This document shows positions 1 to 10,232 of a stretch of DNA of 32,352 nucleotides, piece by piece; position 1 is the first letter of the stretch, and each line of letters starts with the position of its first letter. The DNA comes from Nanobdellota archaeon (lineage in GTDB: Archaea; Nanobdellota; Nanobdellia; Pacearchaeales; GW2011-AR1). Both the position numbers and the translations under genes were made by a program. Below the pieces are notes generated by a model that ran no database searches, was not told the DNA's origin, and saw nothing but the letters and a program-made list of their open reading frames with translations. Location: the NCBI GenBank assembly GCA_038045405.1, contig JBBSYF010000018.1, forward strand, positions 1 through 32,352, given 5' to 3'.

Positions 1-29
1 CATCAGCGAACTAATTTTCGGTTTTGCCT

Positions 30-55
30 AGGACATATGTCCTGGTCTCGCACAC
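30..55. repeat. Palindromic dispersed repeat, copy 1 (AGGACATATGTCCT followed by GGTCTCGCACAC)
   Basis: Perfect 14-bp palindrome at 30-43. The reverse complement of 32-55 matches 29640-29663 at 22 of 24 positions. Confidence 0.8.
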
Positions 56-70
56 GCAACTTTTAAAAGC

Positions 71-634
71 ATGATTTTGAAAAATTGCATAATCGTTCAT
101 GGGTCAGCAGATGATGAAAATGATAAAGAGTATAATAAGCATTGGATGCCTTGGATCAAAGAAAAACTTGAAAAAGCTGGCATTAAAGTTTTTGCTCCAA
201 ATATGCCTGAACCTTGGGGTTCTGATTACTCATCATGGAGGAAAGAATTTGAGAAAATTTCTGACAACATAAATGAAAATAGCATATTGGTAGGTCATAG
301 TAGAGGCACGGCATTTTTAGTAAGATGGTTGGGGGAAACTGGAAGAAAAGCTCAGAAGCTCATCTTGGTTGCACCATGGAAAATTCCTGATAAAGAGTAT
401 AAAAAAAGCTTTTATGACTTTAAGATAAACAAAGCTGTGAAAACTCAAGTTAAGGGGATTGTTATTTTTACTTCCAATGACGAGGAGAAAGATGGCAAAA
501 CTAGTGTTAAAATTTACTATGATGCCCTTGGAGGGAGAATTATTGAACTAAAAAATCATGGACACTTTACTAAGGAAGACATGGGAACTGAAGAGTTCCC
601 TGAATTATTAAAAGAAGTTCTGAATGATAAGTAA
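71..634 (+). CDS. RBBP9/YdeN-family alpha/beta hydrolase
   Basis: Motifs IIVHG, W.PW.K..L, nucleophile elbow LVGHSRG, LILVAP, SND acid residue and C-terminal HGHF. 187 aa. Confidence 0.85.
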   Translation: MILKNCIIVHGSADDENDKEYNKHWMPWIKEKLEKAGIKVFAPNMPEPWGSDYSSWRKEFEKISDNINENSILVGHSRGTAFLVRWLGETGRKAQKLILVAPWKIPDKEYKKSFYDFKINKAVKTQVKGIVIFTSNDEEKDGKTSVKIYYDALGGRIIELKNHGHFTKEDMGTEEFPELLKEVLNDK

Positions 635-661
635 TTTAAATCTGGTTTAATTAATCTTAAC

Positions 662-3463
662 ATGGTCAGAGATTTCAAAAAAATAGAAGAAAAATGGCAG
701 GGCAAGTGGGAGAAATCCAAAATTTTTCAAGTAAAAGAAGATAGCAAGAAAAAGAAATTCTACGTTTTGGAGATGTTTCCTTACCCTTCAGGTTCTGGAT
801 TGCATATGGGTCATGCTTTTAACTATACAATAGGAGATATTCTTTCTAGGTACAAAAGAATGAAGGGGTTCAACGTTTTGTATCCTATGGGCTACGATTC
901 TTTTGGCTTGCCAGCAGAAAATGCTGCAATAAAAACTGGAGAAAATCCAAAAAAGTATACTGAAAACTCCATAAGCAATTTTATTATTCAACAGAAAAAG
1001 ATAGGATTGAGCTATGATTGGTCAAGAATTCTTATGACTCATAGTCCAGAGTATTACAAATGGAACCAGCTTTTCTTTTTGAAATTTCTTGAAAAAGGTT
1101 TAGCATACAGAAAGAAAGCTCCTGTTAATTGGTGTCCAAAATGTGAAAGCGTTTTGGCTAACGAACAAGTTCATAACGGAAAATGTTGGGTACACAAGGA
1201 TACAGAGGTTAGTGTTAAGCAGATAGAACAATGGTTTTTGAAAACTACTGATTATGCGGAAGAGCTACTCAATGCAACTGACAAACTCGACTGGCCAGAA
1301 AAAATAAAAATAATGCAGAAGAACTGGATTGGAAAAAGTGAAGGCGCAGAAATAATCTTTGAGATTAACGGAAAGAAATGGCCCATTTTTACAACTAGGC
1401 CCGACACACTTTTTGGGGTGACCTTCATGGTTGTTTCTGCACAACATTCTGAACTTATGAACTTGGTTTCAAAAGAACAAAAAAAAGATGTTGAAAAATT
1501 TCTTAGTAAGATAAAATCAACTAAGCAAGAAGATATGGACAAGTTGGAAAAAGAAGGTGTTTTTACCGGAAGTTATGCTGTAAACCCTCTTACAAAAGAA
1601 AGAGTTCCTGTTTGGATTGGCAACTTTGTCGTCGCTGAATACGGTTCTGGAATGGTGATGGCTGTTCCAGCTCACGACCAGAGAGACTTTGAATTTGCTA
1701 AGAGATACAACTTACCAATTGTCCAAGTAGTGAGAAAGGAAAAAGCACCTGTGAAGAGTTATTTGATGGGTGCTTCAAAGATTAGTGACGGGGATTTAGC
1801 AAAGCTAGGGATAAGAATAGTCCAAAAAATGAAAGATGGTGACAGGAAAATAGAAATTCCTAAAGAAAAACTGAAAGAGTATGAAAAGTTGATTTTATTA
1901 AAGCTGGACAATGGTTTTTGGAATGAATATCTTGGAGAAGAAATTGTTTTCCTATTCAAGTCTAAGCAAGGTCAAACAAAGCGAATTGTACTTAACAATA
2001 AAACTGCCGAAGAAATTAATGAACTCTCTTCTTTGTACACAAAGAGAAAATTCGTGAATCCTTGGCTAACGCTTGCCCAAAACGACTTTTATACAGATTT
2101 GATTGTTTATACCGGCTCTGGAATTTTAGTTAACTCTGAAGCCTTTAACGGATTAGACAGTGGTGAAGCAAAAGAGCACATCGTGAAGGCACTCCAACTT
2201 AAAAAATTAGGAAATAAAAAAATTCAGTACAAGATGAGGGATTGGCTTGTTTCTAGGCAAAGATATTGGGGAACTCCTATTCCTGTCGTTTATTGTGTTA
2301 AGTGTGGAATTGTTTCTGTTCCAGAAAAGGAGCTTCCCGTTTTACTTCCTGAAAAAGTAAAGTTTGGAAAAGGAAATCCTCTTGAAACAAATAAAGATTT
2401 TACAGATGTAAAATGCCCTAAGTGTAACGGAAAAGCAAGAAGAGAAACAGACACTATGGACACCTTTTTTGATAGCAGTTGGTATTTCTTAAGATACACT
2501 GACAATAAAAATTCAAAACAAGCTTTCGACAAAAAAAATGTAGACTACTGGATGCCTGTAGACCAATACATTGGTGGTGCTGAACATGCATGCATGCATC
2601 TTCTTTATGCCAGATTTTTTACTAGGGCTCTTAGGGACTTTGGGTTTTTGAAATTTGATGAGCCCTTTACCAGACTGTTTAATCAGGGAATGCTCCATGG
2701 TCTTGACGGATTTGTTATGTCTAAATCAAGAGGAAATGTTATCCTTCCAGAACAAGTTTCTGAGAGATATGGAATGGACACTGCGAGACTTTTCCTTGTT
2801 TCAATTGCATCTCCAGATAAAGACACACAATGGAGTGAAAACGGAATAGAAGGAAGCCTCAGGTTTATTAGTAAGGTAATGGACTACTTTGATTCTGTTA
2901 AGTTTAAAAAAGAAAAATCAAATCCAAGAGCCGAAAGTAAGCAAAACAAAGCAATAAAAGAAATTAGCTTTGATCTAGAAAACTTTCAGTATAATCTTGC
3001 CGTTATCAAATTAAGAGATTTTTTCAGTAAAGTTGAGGAAAGTCAAGACAAAAACATGGCTGAAACTTTTTTGAAGTTGTTGTCTCCAATTTGCCCTCAT
3101 ATTACAGAAGAGATTTGGAATAACCTTGGAAACAAAAACTTCCTGAGTTTAGATACATGGCCAGAAGTTGACGAAAAGAAGATTAATGAACAATTTGAGA
3201 AAGAGGACAAAGCTATTGATGACATAATCAATGATGTGAATAACATTCTTAGAATAGTAAAAGAAAAAGGGAGAAGTCCTGTTAGACTTTATTTATACCC
3301 TGTTCCAAAAGAAACAGACATTTACGAGACTAACGCTAAAACAATTGAAAAAAGAACTGGACTAAGTGTTAAAGTCTTTTCTGTCTCAGATGCTAAAAGG
3401 CATGATCCTGAAAACAAATCAAAGAAAGCAAAACCAGAAAGACCAGGAATATACTTGGAATAA
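662..3463 (+). CDS. leuS: Leucine--tRNA ligase (bacterial-type core, CP1 insertion, archaeal-like C-terminal domain)
   Basis: [16 protein letters not shown] (HIGH), FTTRPDT editing motif, [47 protein letters not shown] at 635-640 suggests a leaderless promoter. Confidence 0.97.
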   Translation: MVRDFKKIEEKWQGKWEKSKIFQVKEDSKKKKFYVLEMFPYPSGSGLHMGHAFNYTIGDILSRYKRMKGFNVLYPMGYDSFGLPAENAAIKTGENPKKYTENSISNFIIQQKKIGLSYDWSRILMTHSPEYYKWNQLFFLKFLEKGLAYRKKAPVNWCPKCESVLANEQVHNGKCWVHKDTEVSVKQIEQWFLKTTDYAEELLNATDKLDWPEKIKIMQKNWIGKSEGAEIIFEINGKKWPIFTTRPDTLFGVTFMVVSAQHSELMNLVSKEQKKDVEKFLSKIKSTKQEDMDKLEKEGVFTGSYAVNPLTKERVPVWIGNFVVAEYGSGMVMAVPAHDQRDFEFAKRYNLPIVQVVRKEKAPVKSYLMGASKISDGDLAKLGIRIVQKMKDGDRKIEIPKEKLKEYEKLILLKLDNGFWNEYLGEEIVFLFKSKQGQTKRIVLNNKTAEEINELSSLYTKRKFVNPWLTLAQNDFYTDLIVYTGSGILVNSEAFNGLDSGEAKEHIVKALQLKKLGNKKIQYKMRDWLVSRQRYWGTPIPVVYCVKCGIVSVPEKELPVLLPEKVKFGKGNPLETNKDFTDVKCPKCNGKARRETDTMDTFFDSSWYFLRYTDNKNSKQAFDKKNVDYWMPVDQYIGGAEHACMHLLYARFFTRALRDFGFLKFDEPFTRLFNQGMLHGLDGFVMSKSRGNVILPEQVSERYGMDTARLFLVSIASPDKDTQWSENGIEGSLRFISKVMDYFDSVKFKKEKSNPRAESKQNKAIKEISFDLENFQYNLAVIKLRDFFSKVEESQDKNMAETFLKLLSPICPHITEEIWNNLGNKNFLSLDTWPEVDEKKINEQFEKEDKAIDDIINDVNNILRIVKEKGRSPVRLYLYPVPKETDIYETNAKTIEKRTGLSVKVFSVSDAKRHDPENKSKKAKPERPGIYLE

Positions 3464-3470
3464 AATAAAA

Positions 3471-4535
3471 ATGTTAAAAGAAGAAGATGGTTCATCTAAG
3501 AAAATAAGTTCTACTTTTTTTATTACACTAATCTTATTAGGTGCTTCTTTTTTGGCATACTTTCTTGCTGTTAACAATAATTTTAGTCTGAACGAAGAGG
3601 TAGATAAATCACTTTCTTGTGGGGATGCAACGCCTTACGGTGCTTGCTCTTTAACAAAACCCTATTTTTGCGAAGGGGGTATTTTAATAGAAAAATCATC
3701 TGCCTGCGGGTGTAGTGATATTTCTACAAAAGACGGAGAGTCGTGTACGTTCCAGTACAAAAACTATTCCCAAAAAAATTCCCTGAAGTACATCTTTAAT
3801 GGTAAAACACAAAATATTGACTTCACTGTTTATGCAGAAATGGCGGATTATCTTTACAGAGTTCCCAGAGTAATTGATTATGGGGCGGGCGAGAAGCCTG
3901 TGAGAACTGATTTCAAATTGAAAATGATAAATGACGAGAACCAAAAAGAACTTCTGATGCCCTTGGTTGTCCAAATCCAGAATTTAGCAAATAACAGCGT
4001 GGACCAAGCGAGAATTGCTGTGAGCATTGTCCAAAACATTCCTTACAATTACACCGAGAAAAAAGTGGCTTTTGCTGGGGGACAGATTGATTATTCTAAG
4101 TATCCTTATGAGACTCTTTACTACAACCAAGGAATTTGTGGGGAGAAGTCTGCCCTACTAGCATTTTTATTAAAAGAAATAGGGTACAATGTTTCGATAT
4201 TCTACTTTGCTGAAGAAAACCATGAAGTTGTTGGCATAAAATGTCCTGTAGAAAAGAGCTTCCGCAAAACAGGATATTGTTTTGTTGAAACCGGAGGTCC
4301 TGCTATAATTACTGATTCTTCTTTAGAGTATGTTAATGGAATAAAAATTAAATCAGAACCAGAAATAATGCCTCTTTCAGGTGGAATGTCTCTTCCAGAA
4401 GATATGCAAGAGTACAAAGATGCTAAGACAATGAAAAATATCCGGGCAGGAAATATTCTCGGCTTCTTTGAATCTGGAAAGTTTGATGAAATAAAAGAAA
4501 GATATGGGCTGATAGAAGAGTATAACTTACTTTAA
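3471..4535 (+). CDS. Membrane-anchored transglutaminase-like (papain-fold) protein with Cys-rich N-terminal module
   Basis: N-terminal TM segment, Cys-rich CGDATPYGAC...PYFC...CGC, then VQNIPY, YPYETLY...GICGEKS (Cys), NHEVVGI (His), FVETG. Start moved to ATG 3471, just after the leuS stop. Confidence 0.7.
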   Translation: MLKEEDGSSKKISSTFFITLILLGASFLAYFLAVNNNFSLNEEVDKSLSCGDATPYGACSLTKPYFCEGGILIEKSSACGCSDISTKDGESCTFQYKNYSQKNSLKYIFNGKTQNIDFTVYAEMADYLYRVPRVIDYGAGEKPVRTDFKLKMINDENQKELLMPLVVQIQNLANNSVDQARIAVSIVQNIPYNYTEKKVAFAGGQIDYSKYPYETLYYNQGICGEKSALLAFLLKEIGYNVSIFYFAEENHEVVGIKCPVEKSFRKTGYCFVETGGPAIITDSSLEYVNGIKIKSEPEIMPLSGGMSLPEDMQEYKDAKTMKNIRAGNILGFFESGKFDEIKERYGLIEEYNLL

Positions 4536-4541
4536 TTGCAA

Positions 4542-6308
4542 TTATTCAACAATAGCTTTTATTCTTCTAATACCAGAAGCCGTTGATTCTTCTTTGATAA
4601 TTTTGAATCTTCCAATTTCTTTTGTGTTTTTTACATGTGGGCCGGTACAAATTTCTTTTGAGAAATCTCCAATAGAATATACGGAAACTATTGGGGGGTA
4701 TTTTGCTCCAAATTCACTTTGAGCGCCCGATTTCATTGCATCCTTTAAATCAGTCTCACTTCTTTTAACTTCTAAACCCTTTTTTATTTTATCATTGACT
4801 AACTTTTCAACACTTTTTATTTCATCTTCTGTTAGCTTCCTGTCAAAACTGAAATCAAAACGCAAACGCTCCGGAGTTATATTTGAACCCCTCTGTTTTA
4901 CTTCTGTACCAAGAACCTTTCTTAATGCTTCGTTCAGCAAATGAGTTGCTGTGTGGAGCCTTGTTGTTTTTTCAGAGGAATCAGCAAGGCCAGACTTGAA
5001 TGAACCTGAAGAAGTTGTTCTTGAGAGCTCTTGATGATTTTTAAGTTCCTTCTCAAATTCCTTAACATTTACTGAAAATCCTTTTTCTTTTGCTAGTTCA
5101 ACAGTCATTTCAATAGGAAAACCGTAAGATTGGTATAATAAAAAAGCATCTTCTCCTGAAATTGTCTTTTTATCTTCTGGAGAAATTTTACTGAAAATGT
5201 AAAGACCTTTATCTAAAGTATTCTGGAATTTTTTCTCTTCTGCATCAAGCTGCACTAAAATCATCTTTTTGTTCGCGACGAGTTCTTTGTTGTCCTTGTA
5301 CACCTTAAATATCGACTCCGCAATCTTTGCTGTGAAATCTTTCATTCCCAATTCTTTTCCATACCTTACTGCTCTTCTAACAAACCTCCTTAAGATGTAC
5401 CCCCTACCCACGTTTGAAGGTGTAACACCATCAGAACTAATAAACACGGAAGATCTTATGTGATCTGCTACAATTCTCATCTTGGACTGGTAAGAAAGAT
5501 TTTCGTAGCTCTTTTCTGAGATTTTTTCTATAGACTCTATTATTGGTTTCCAGATATCTGTTAAGTAATTATCTTCGAGTCCGTTTATTACAGCCAGAGT
5601 TCTTTCCATTCCTCCTCCAAAGTCTATGTTCTTTTGTTCAAGCTGGAGGAATTTCCCCTCTTTTGTTTTTTGGTATTCCATTAAAACGTTGTTTCCTACC
5701 TCTACCCACCTTTCATCTTCAGGATTGAATTTTTTCGGAGCAGGTACTTCATTTGACTTCCAGTAAAACATTTCTGTATTTGGTCCGCAAGGGCCAGTTT
5801 GTCCTGCAGGTCCCCAAAAATTACTCTCTTTCGGAAGGAAAGCAATTCTCTCTTTTGGAAAACCAAGCTCTAAGTATATCTCATAAGATTCTTTGTCCTT
5901 AGGCACATCCGAATTTCCTGCAAAGCATGTTGCTGCAAGTCTATTTGGAGACATTTTTAGAACTTTAGTGAAAAATTCAAAAGTCATTTTTATTGCATCC
6001 TCTTTCCAGTAATCTCCCAAAGACCAATTTCCCATCATTTCGAATAGGGTATGGTGGTAGGTATCACCTATATTGTCTATATCAACAGTTCTAAGGCATC
6101 TTTGGACGTTTACCAACCTTCTACCTAAAGGATGCTTTTGTCCTAAAAGATAGGGCACCAAAGGATGCATTCCTGCTGTTGTGAAAAGAACTGTTGGGTC
6201 GTTTGCAGGAACGAGGGATGCAGAGGGAATTACTTTATGTTTCTTTGATTCGAAAAATTCAAGATATTTCTTTATCAAGTCCTTTCTTGTTATCTTCTGG
6301 CTTACCAT
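4542..6308 (-). CDS. alaS: Alanine--tRNA ligase, short form without C-Ala domain
   Basis: DPTVLFTTAGM, QRCLR, HHTLFEMMGNWS, GPCGP, ADHIRS, editing motifs HTATHLL and EICTGPHV. Ends at GIRRIKAIVE (588 aa). Confidence 0.96.
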   Translation of the reverse strand: MVSQKITRKDLIKKYLEFFESKKHKVIPSASLVPANDPTVLFTTAGMHPLVPYLLGQKHPLGRRLVNVQRCLRTVDIDNIGDTYHHTLFEMMGNWSLGDYWKEDAIKMTFEFFTKVLKMSPNRLAATCFAGNSDVPKDKESYEIYLELGFPKERIAFLPKESNFWGPAGQTGPCGPNTEMFYWKSNEVPAPKKFNPEDERWVEVGNNVLMEYQKTKEGKFLQLEQKNIDFGGGMERTLAVINGLEDNYLTDIWKPIIESIEKISEKSYENLSYQSKMRIVADHIRSSVFISSDGVTPSNVGRGYILRRFVRRAVRYGKELGMKDFTAKIAESIFKVYKDNKELVANKKMILVQLDAEEKKFQNTLDKGLYIFSKISPEDKKTISGEDAFLLYQSYGFPIEMTVELAKEKGFSVNVKEFEKELKNHQELSRTTSSGSFKSGLADSSEKTTRLHTATHLLNEALRKVLGTEVKQRGSNITPERLRFDFSFDRKLTEDEIKSVEKLVNDKIKKGLEVKRSETDLKDAMKSGAQSEFGAKYPPIVSVYSIGDFSKEICTGPHVKNTKEIGRFKIIKEESTASGIRRIKAIVE

Positions 6309-6343
6309 ACCTTAGATTAGAATTAGAGTTTTAAAAAATGTTT

Positions 6344-6715
6344 CTAAACATTCCTTCTTTGCAAATCATCAAGTTTTCTTTGGATTTCTTGAAGTTGTCC
6401 CTCAATACTTGAGTCTTGGACTCCCAAACCTGTTTTAAGTGTCTTTTTTCCCCCAATTTCTACACCTTTGTTTAGTATCTTTGGAACTTTTAATGTAGGA
6501 AGAACTCTCTGTAGACTTCCAAGATTTACTTTTAATTCCCTTATTTTTTTGTTAAGAGTAAGTTTTAACTCAAATTCTCTCGTCCTATAAACTCTGTAAG
6601 TGTTTATCCTTTTCAAAACTTTTAGTAAAGCAATCTGTGAGGCAAGTAAATCTCTTTTTGATTCAAGAGCTTCTTCACGCTCAAGTTTTATGTGTATTAA
6701 ATTTTCGCTTGGCAT
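6344..6715 (-). CDS. Hypothetical coiled-coil protein
   Basis: 123-aa ORF, helical and K/E/L-rich, tightly spaced between neighbours on the same strand. Confidence 0.75.
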   Translation of the reverse strand: MPSENLIHIKLEREEALESKRDLLASQIALLKVLKRINTYRVYRTREFELKLTLNKKIRELKVNLGSLQRVLPTLKVPKILNKGVEIGGKKTLKTGLGVQDSSIEGQLQEIQRKLDDLQRRNV

Positions 6716-6723
6716 TTTAGTGA

Positions 6724-7296
6724 TTACACTTTAGAAAAGATATCTCTGTCAACTTTTTCTATTTGATCCTTCATTAATTTTACCTCTACTTCCCAAGATT
6801 GAAGCTCTTTGTCTTCTTTTTCTTTTGTTCTTTTTATTTCATCTAAAACTTTCTCAATTTCCGAAATTTTTCTTCTTGTTTCATTGAAAACTTCCATTGC
6901 CCCTTCAAATTTGTCCACCCTTATGAATACTGGTCCTGGTGCAGACCCTCTGGGAAAGTTTGAGGATGATGGGAACCGTGATCCAAACTCTTCAGTCATA
7001 GGTCTTCTTAAGGGCTCTTGCATCATCCGCATGTCATCCTGATCTGTGAATTCATCTGCATCTTCATCAGAAAGATCACCTCTTTCTTCCCCAGCAATTG
7101 CTTCTTTTATAGTATTTTGAGAAAATTTCATTCCTAAAGAATTTGATGGAAAACTTGGAAGTTTGTGAATCTGTGATGTTCCATCATAACCAAATTCTCC
7201 AAATCCCTGAAATTCAGGAAGCTTCGGAAGTGTGGGTACTTGTGGAATTTCTTCTTTTTTCTTTTCCTCTTTTTTATTTGTTCCGAATAAACCCAT
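6724..7296 (-). CDS. Hypothetical protein (Pro-rich low-complexity N-terminus, C-terminal coiled coil)
   Basis: ORF track 6724-7308; ATG at 7296 (MGLFG) preferred as start. C-terminal PVFIRVDKF followed by heptads. Confidence 0.75.
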   Translation of the reverse strand: MGLFGTNKKEEKKKEEIPQVPTLPKLPEFQGFGEFGYDGTSQIHKLPSFPSNSLGMKFSQNTIKEAIAGEERGDLSDEDADEFTDQDDMRMMQEPLRRPMTEEFGSRFPSSSNFPRGSAPGPVFIRVDKFEGAMEVFNETRRKISEIEKVLDEIKRTKEKEDKELQSWEVEVKLMKDQIEKVDRDIFSKV

Positions 7297-7454
7297 CTTA
7301 TACTCCAATATAGACTTTCTAATATATACAATGTCTTCAGGTTTAAAAAGCTTTATTTTTATTGAGCAAATAAAAATCTTTTTATTCTTTTTCCTGACGT
7401 TTTTGGAAAAACCGAAACCGAAAGGTATTTATTTGAACCCTTTTTAGTCCTTTG

Positions 7455-8177
7455 ATGTTGAAAAAATTTCTTAAAGAAGCCATGGTCCTTATTGCAGGAA
7501 AACCAGCTGAAGACCTTGTTGATTTATTAGACACAAACAAGCATGTTAATGAATTTGCTATTGCTAAAAAGTTAAATTTAACAATCAACCAAACAAGGAA
7601 TATTCTCTATAAAATTTCAGATCACGGACTTGTTTCATCAATAAGGAAGAAAGATAAAAGAAAAGGTTGGTACACTTACTTTTGGAAAATTGAGGTCCTT
7701 AAATCTCTAGAATTTATTCGAAATGACTTGATGAAAAAAATGGATAACTTTGAACATCAAATAAAAAGCAGAGAAACAAAAAGGTTTTACGTATGTGAAA
7801 AGTGTCACCTAGAACTTAATGAAGAACACGCTCTTCTTAACAATTTTACATGTCTTGAATGTGGGGAACTTCTTACTATGAAAGACAACACTAAGATGAT
7901 AAATGAAATGAAAAGAAATCTTGATAGATTGAAGAAAGACTTAGGATTTGTGCTGCAAGAAGTAAAGAGGGAAAGTGAAATTCTTGATAAAAAAAAGCAA
8001 AAAGAAATTAAAAAAGAGAAAAAAGAAACTTTAGAGAAAAAAACAGCTCAAAGAGCAAAAAATGCCAAGGCAAGAGCATTACTGAAAAAGGATTCCGCAA
8101 AGAAAACTCTTCATAAAAATGTTCCTAAGAAACAAAAATTTGTTAAGCATAAAAAATTCTCAAAAAAAAGGAAGTGA
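7455..8177 (+). CDS. tfe: Transcription factor E (TFIIE alpha homologue) with Lys-rich tail
   Basis: Winged helix NEFAIAKKL.LTINQTRNILYK...GWYTYFW and Zn ribbon CEKC...FTCLECG. Confidence 0.88.
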   Translation: MLKKFLKEAMVLIAGKPAEDLVDLLDTNKHVNEFAIAKKLNLTINQTRNILYKISDHGLVSSIRKKDKRKGWYTYFWKIEVLKSLEFIRNDLMKKMDNFEHQIKSRETKRFYVCEKCHLELNEEHALLNNFTCLECGELLTMKDNTKMINEMKRNLDRLKKDLGFVLQEVKRESEILDKKKQKEIKKEKKETLEKKTAQRAKNAKARALLKKDSAKKTLHKNVPKKQKFVKHKKFSKKRK

Positions 8178-8183
8178 CTGAGT

Positions 8184-9044
8184 ATGGCAGAAATCTACGG
8201 TTTTTACCCTCGAAAAAAAAGTATTTTTGGCTTGCTTAGTGCAACGACTACCCTCATTATTCTTAATGTGCTTGCTTTCATTATGTTTCTTATTTTGTTA
8301 GTTCTTTTTAGAAACAATACTCAATCTCTTTATGACTTTGTTGCTCTAAGCCCTTTAAACATTCTTCATGGAAAATATCTCTGGACTTTTATTACAAGCA
8401 TGTTTATGCATGGAAACCTTGCTCACCTTTTTTTTAATATGTTTTCGTTGGCGTTTATCGGTTCGTTTGTAGAAAAAATAATTGGTAGAAAGAGATTCAT
8501 TTCGTTTTATCTAATCTCTGGATTGTTTGCAGGGATTGTTTTTGTTGCACTCTCTGGCTTGTTTGGTAATAGTATCCTTGGTGCTAAGATTTTCGGAGAC
8601 CCAAACATTTCAGGCGTGGGTGCTTCTGGTGCAATCTTTGGACTTTTAGGCCTACTTGCAGTTTTAGTTCCATACTCAAAAGTTTATTTAATTCTCGGGC
8701 CTTTGTTAGCAATCGTAGTTGGTTCTATTAGCGAATCTGCTTTACCTGCTTCTTCATCAGGTGTTATCAATCTCCTAGTTAATTTTTACTTTGTAATATC
8801 TGTGTTTGCTATTTTTTCATTTAATGAGCGGTTTAGAAAAGTTGCTTTACCTATTGGAATGCCCCTTTGGCTCCTTCCTATAGTCGCAATTATCCCTTTA
8901 GTTGTAGTGGGGCTTTTTGTCCCTTTGCCTATAGCAAACACTGCACATTTCGGTGGACTTCTTGCAGGTCTCGCTTACGGGTTCTATCTTAAGAGTAAAT
9001 ACAGAAAAAAAACAAGATACATAAGCAAACATTTTAGCCAATGA
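8184..9044 (+). CDS. Rhomboid-family intramembrane serine protease
   Basis: WTFITSMFMHG..HLFFNM, GASGAIFG (catalytic Ser), AHFGG (catalytic His), multiple TM segments. Confidence 0.93.
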   Translation: MAEIYGFYPRKKSIFGLLSATTTLIILNVLAFIMFLILLVLFRNNTQSLYDFVALSPLNILHGKYLWTFITSMFMHGNLAHLFFNMFSLAFIGSFVEKIIGRKRFISFYLISGLFAGIVFVALSGLFGNSILGAKIFGDPNISGVGASGAIFGLLGLLAVLVPYSKVYLILGPLLAIVVGSISESALPASSSGVINLLVNFYFVISVFAIFSFNERFRKVALPIGMPLWLLPIVAIIPLVVVGLFVPLPIANTAHFGGLLAGLAYGFYLKSKYRKKTRYISKHFSQ

Positions 9045-9658
9045 CAAACAAAAAGATAAAAACAGCAAAGAGAAAGAATCAGAATTTTTTCAGCCAAAAT
9101 TTTAAAGAGGGTCTACAATACATTAAGCAATCTAGAAATTTTATTTATGTAGCTTCTGCTATTTTCATTTTGTTCATCTTCGTAGGTTATTTTGTTCCTG
9201 CGCCGCAATCTCTTGAGAAAGTAATCTTAAAGTTTATTGAAGATTTAATTAAAACAACAGAGGGGATGTCTTGGACTGAACTTACTAATTTTATACTCTT
9301 TAACAATTTAAAAAGCAGTTTCTTTGGAATGGCTTTGGGGGTTGTCTTTGGAATTTTTTCAGTTTTAACGACTTTGGCTAATGGGTACCTCTTAGGCTTC
9401 GTGTCTTCAAGAATAGTCGGCACTGAAGGAATTGCAATTCTATGGAAACTTTTTCCTCATGGAATATTTGAAATTCCTGCAATGTTAATCTCAGTAGGTC
9501 TTGGGTTAAAACTTGGAACTTTTATTTTCAAAAAGAAGAAATTTGAATCTTTAAAAGAATACTCATGGAAATCTTTGAAAGCCTTTTTCTTTGTAGTTGT
9601 TCCCCTTCTTGTAGTTGCAGCATTAATAGAAGGCACTCTTATCATCTTTTTTGGCTGA
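9041..9658 (+). CDS. Stage II sporulation protein M (SpoIIM/DUF95)-family membrane protein
   Basis: ILFNN, NGYLLG, LFPHGIFEIPA, AALIEG motifs. ATGA overlap with the rhomboid gene. Confidence 0.88.
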   Translation: MTNKKIKTAKRKNQNFFSQNFKEGLQYIKQSRNFIYVASAIFILFIFVGYFVPAPQSLEKVILKFIEDLIKTTEGMSWTELTNFILFNNLKSSFFGMALGVVFGIFSVLTTLANGYLLGFVSSRIVGTEGIAILWKLFPHGIFEIPAMLISVGLGLKLGTFIFKKKKFESLKEYSWKSLKAFFFVVVPLLVVAALIEGTLIIFFG

Positions 9659-9751
9659 ATAAAGTCTCTCTTTTTTGTCGGAGCTTATAAAGTTTATATA
9701 CTTCTTTTGACGATAGATAGTATTAATAAAATGGTTGAAAAGGAGGTTAAA

Positions 9752-9937
9752 ATGACTTGGTATGCAAAAACAGCTTTGGTTCTTGCAAATGTGGGTGCTG
9801 TTAATTGGGGTTTGAATGAACTTGGTTGGAATGCAGTTGACAAGCTTCTAGGATTTGTCAGTTGGCTTCCAATGGCAGTTTACTACATTGTAGCACTTTG
9901 CGGAATCTTCGGCTTGTATAAGACTTTCGCTAAATAA
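9752..9937 (+). CDS. DUF378-family small membrane protein
   Basis: LVLANVGAVNWGL...NAVDKLLG...VYYIVALCG. SD-like AGGAGGT at 9741-9747 fixes the start at ATG 9752. Confidence 0.8.
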   Translation: MTWYAKTALVLANVGAVNWGLNELGWNAVDKLLGFVSWLPMAVYYIVALCGIFGLYKTFAK

Positions 9938-10016
9938 TTGCTAAAATAATCTTATTTTTACTTTTTATTTTTCTTATCTTTTATCTTTCTTAGAAATGAA
10001 CTAATCACAGGAATTT

Positions 10017-10232
10017 TTATTCTCTTAAATCGTTTATTCCTAGAACAATTAGAAGAAGAGCTATCATTGTTGCAAACCAGAAAACAGCTCCCTTGAGGAA
10101 TATCCACGCAGCGTGAAGGAAATCAAAATTCTTTCCAAATAAAACCCAAGAATATGCTGAAGAAGCCCATGTAACAATTATTACTACAACAAGTAGAATC
10201 AATCCAAGTAAAAGTTCAAGCCATTTGTTCAT
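10017..10232 (-). CDS. Small two-TM hypothetical membrane protein
   Basis: 71 aa with two hydrophobic segments. TATA-like TTTAAA about 25 nt upstream on the minus strand. Confidence 0.75.
   Translation of the reverse strand: MNKWLELLLGLILLVVVIIVTWASSAYSWVLFGKNFDFLHAAWIFLKGAVFWFATMIALLLIVLGINDLRE

Noticed and set aside
3366-3470. N-terminal extension of the transglutaminase-like ORF overlapping leuS
   Set aside because: It relies on a non-ATG start inside leuS. ATG 3471 directly after the leuS stop is more plausible.
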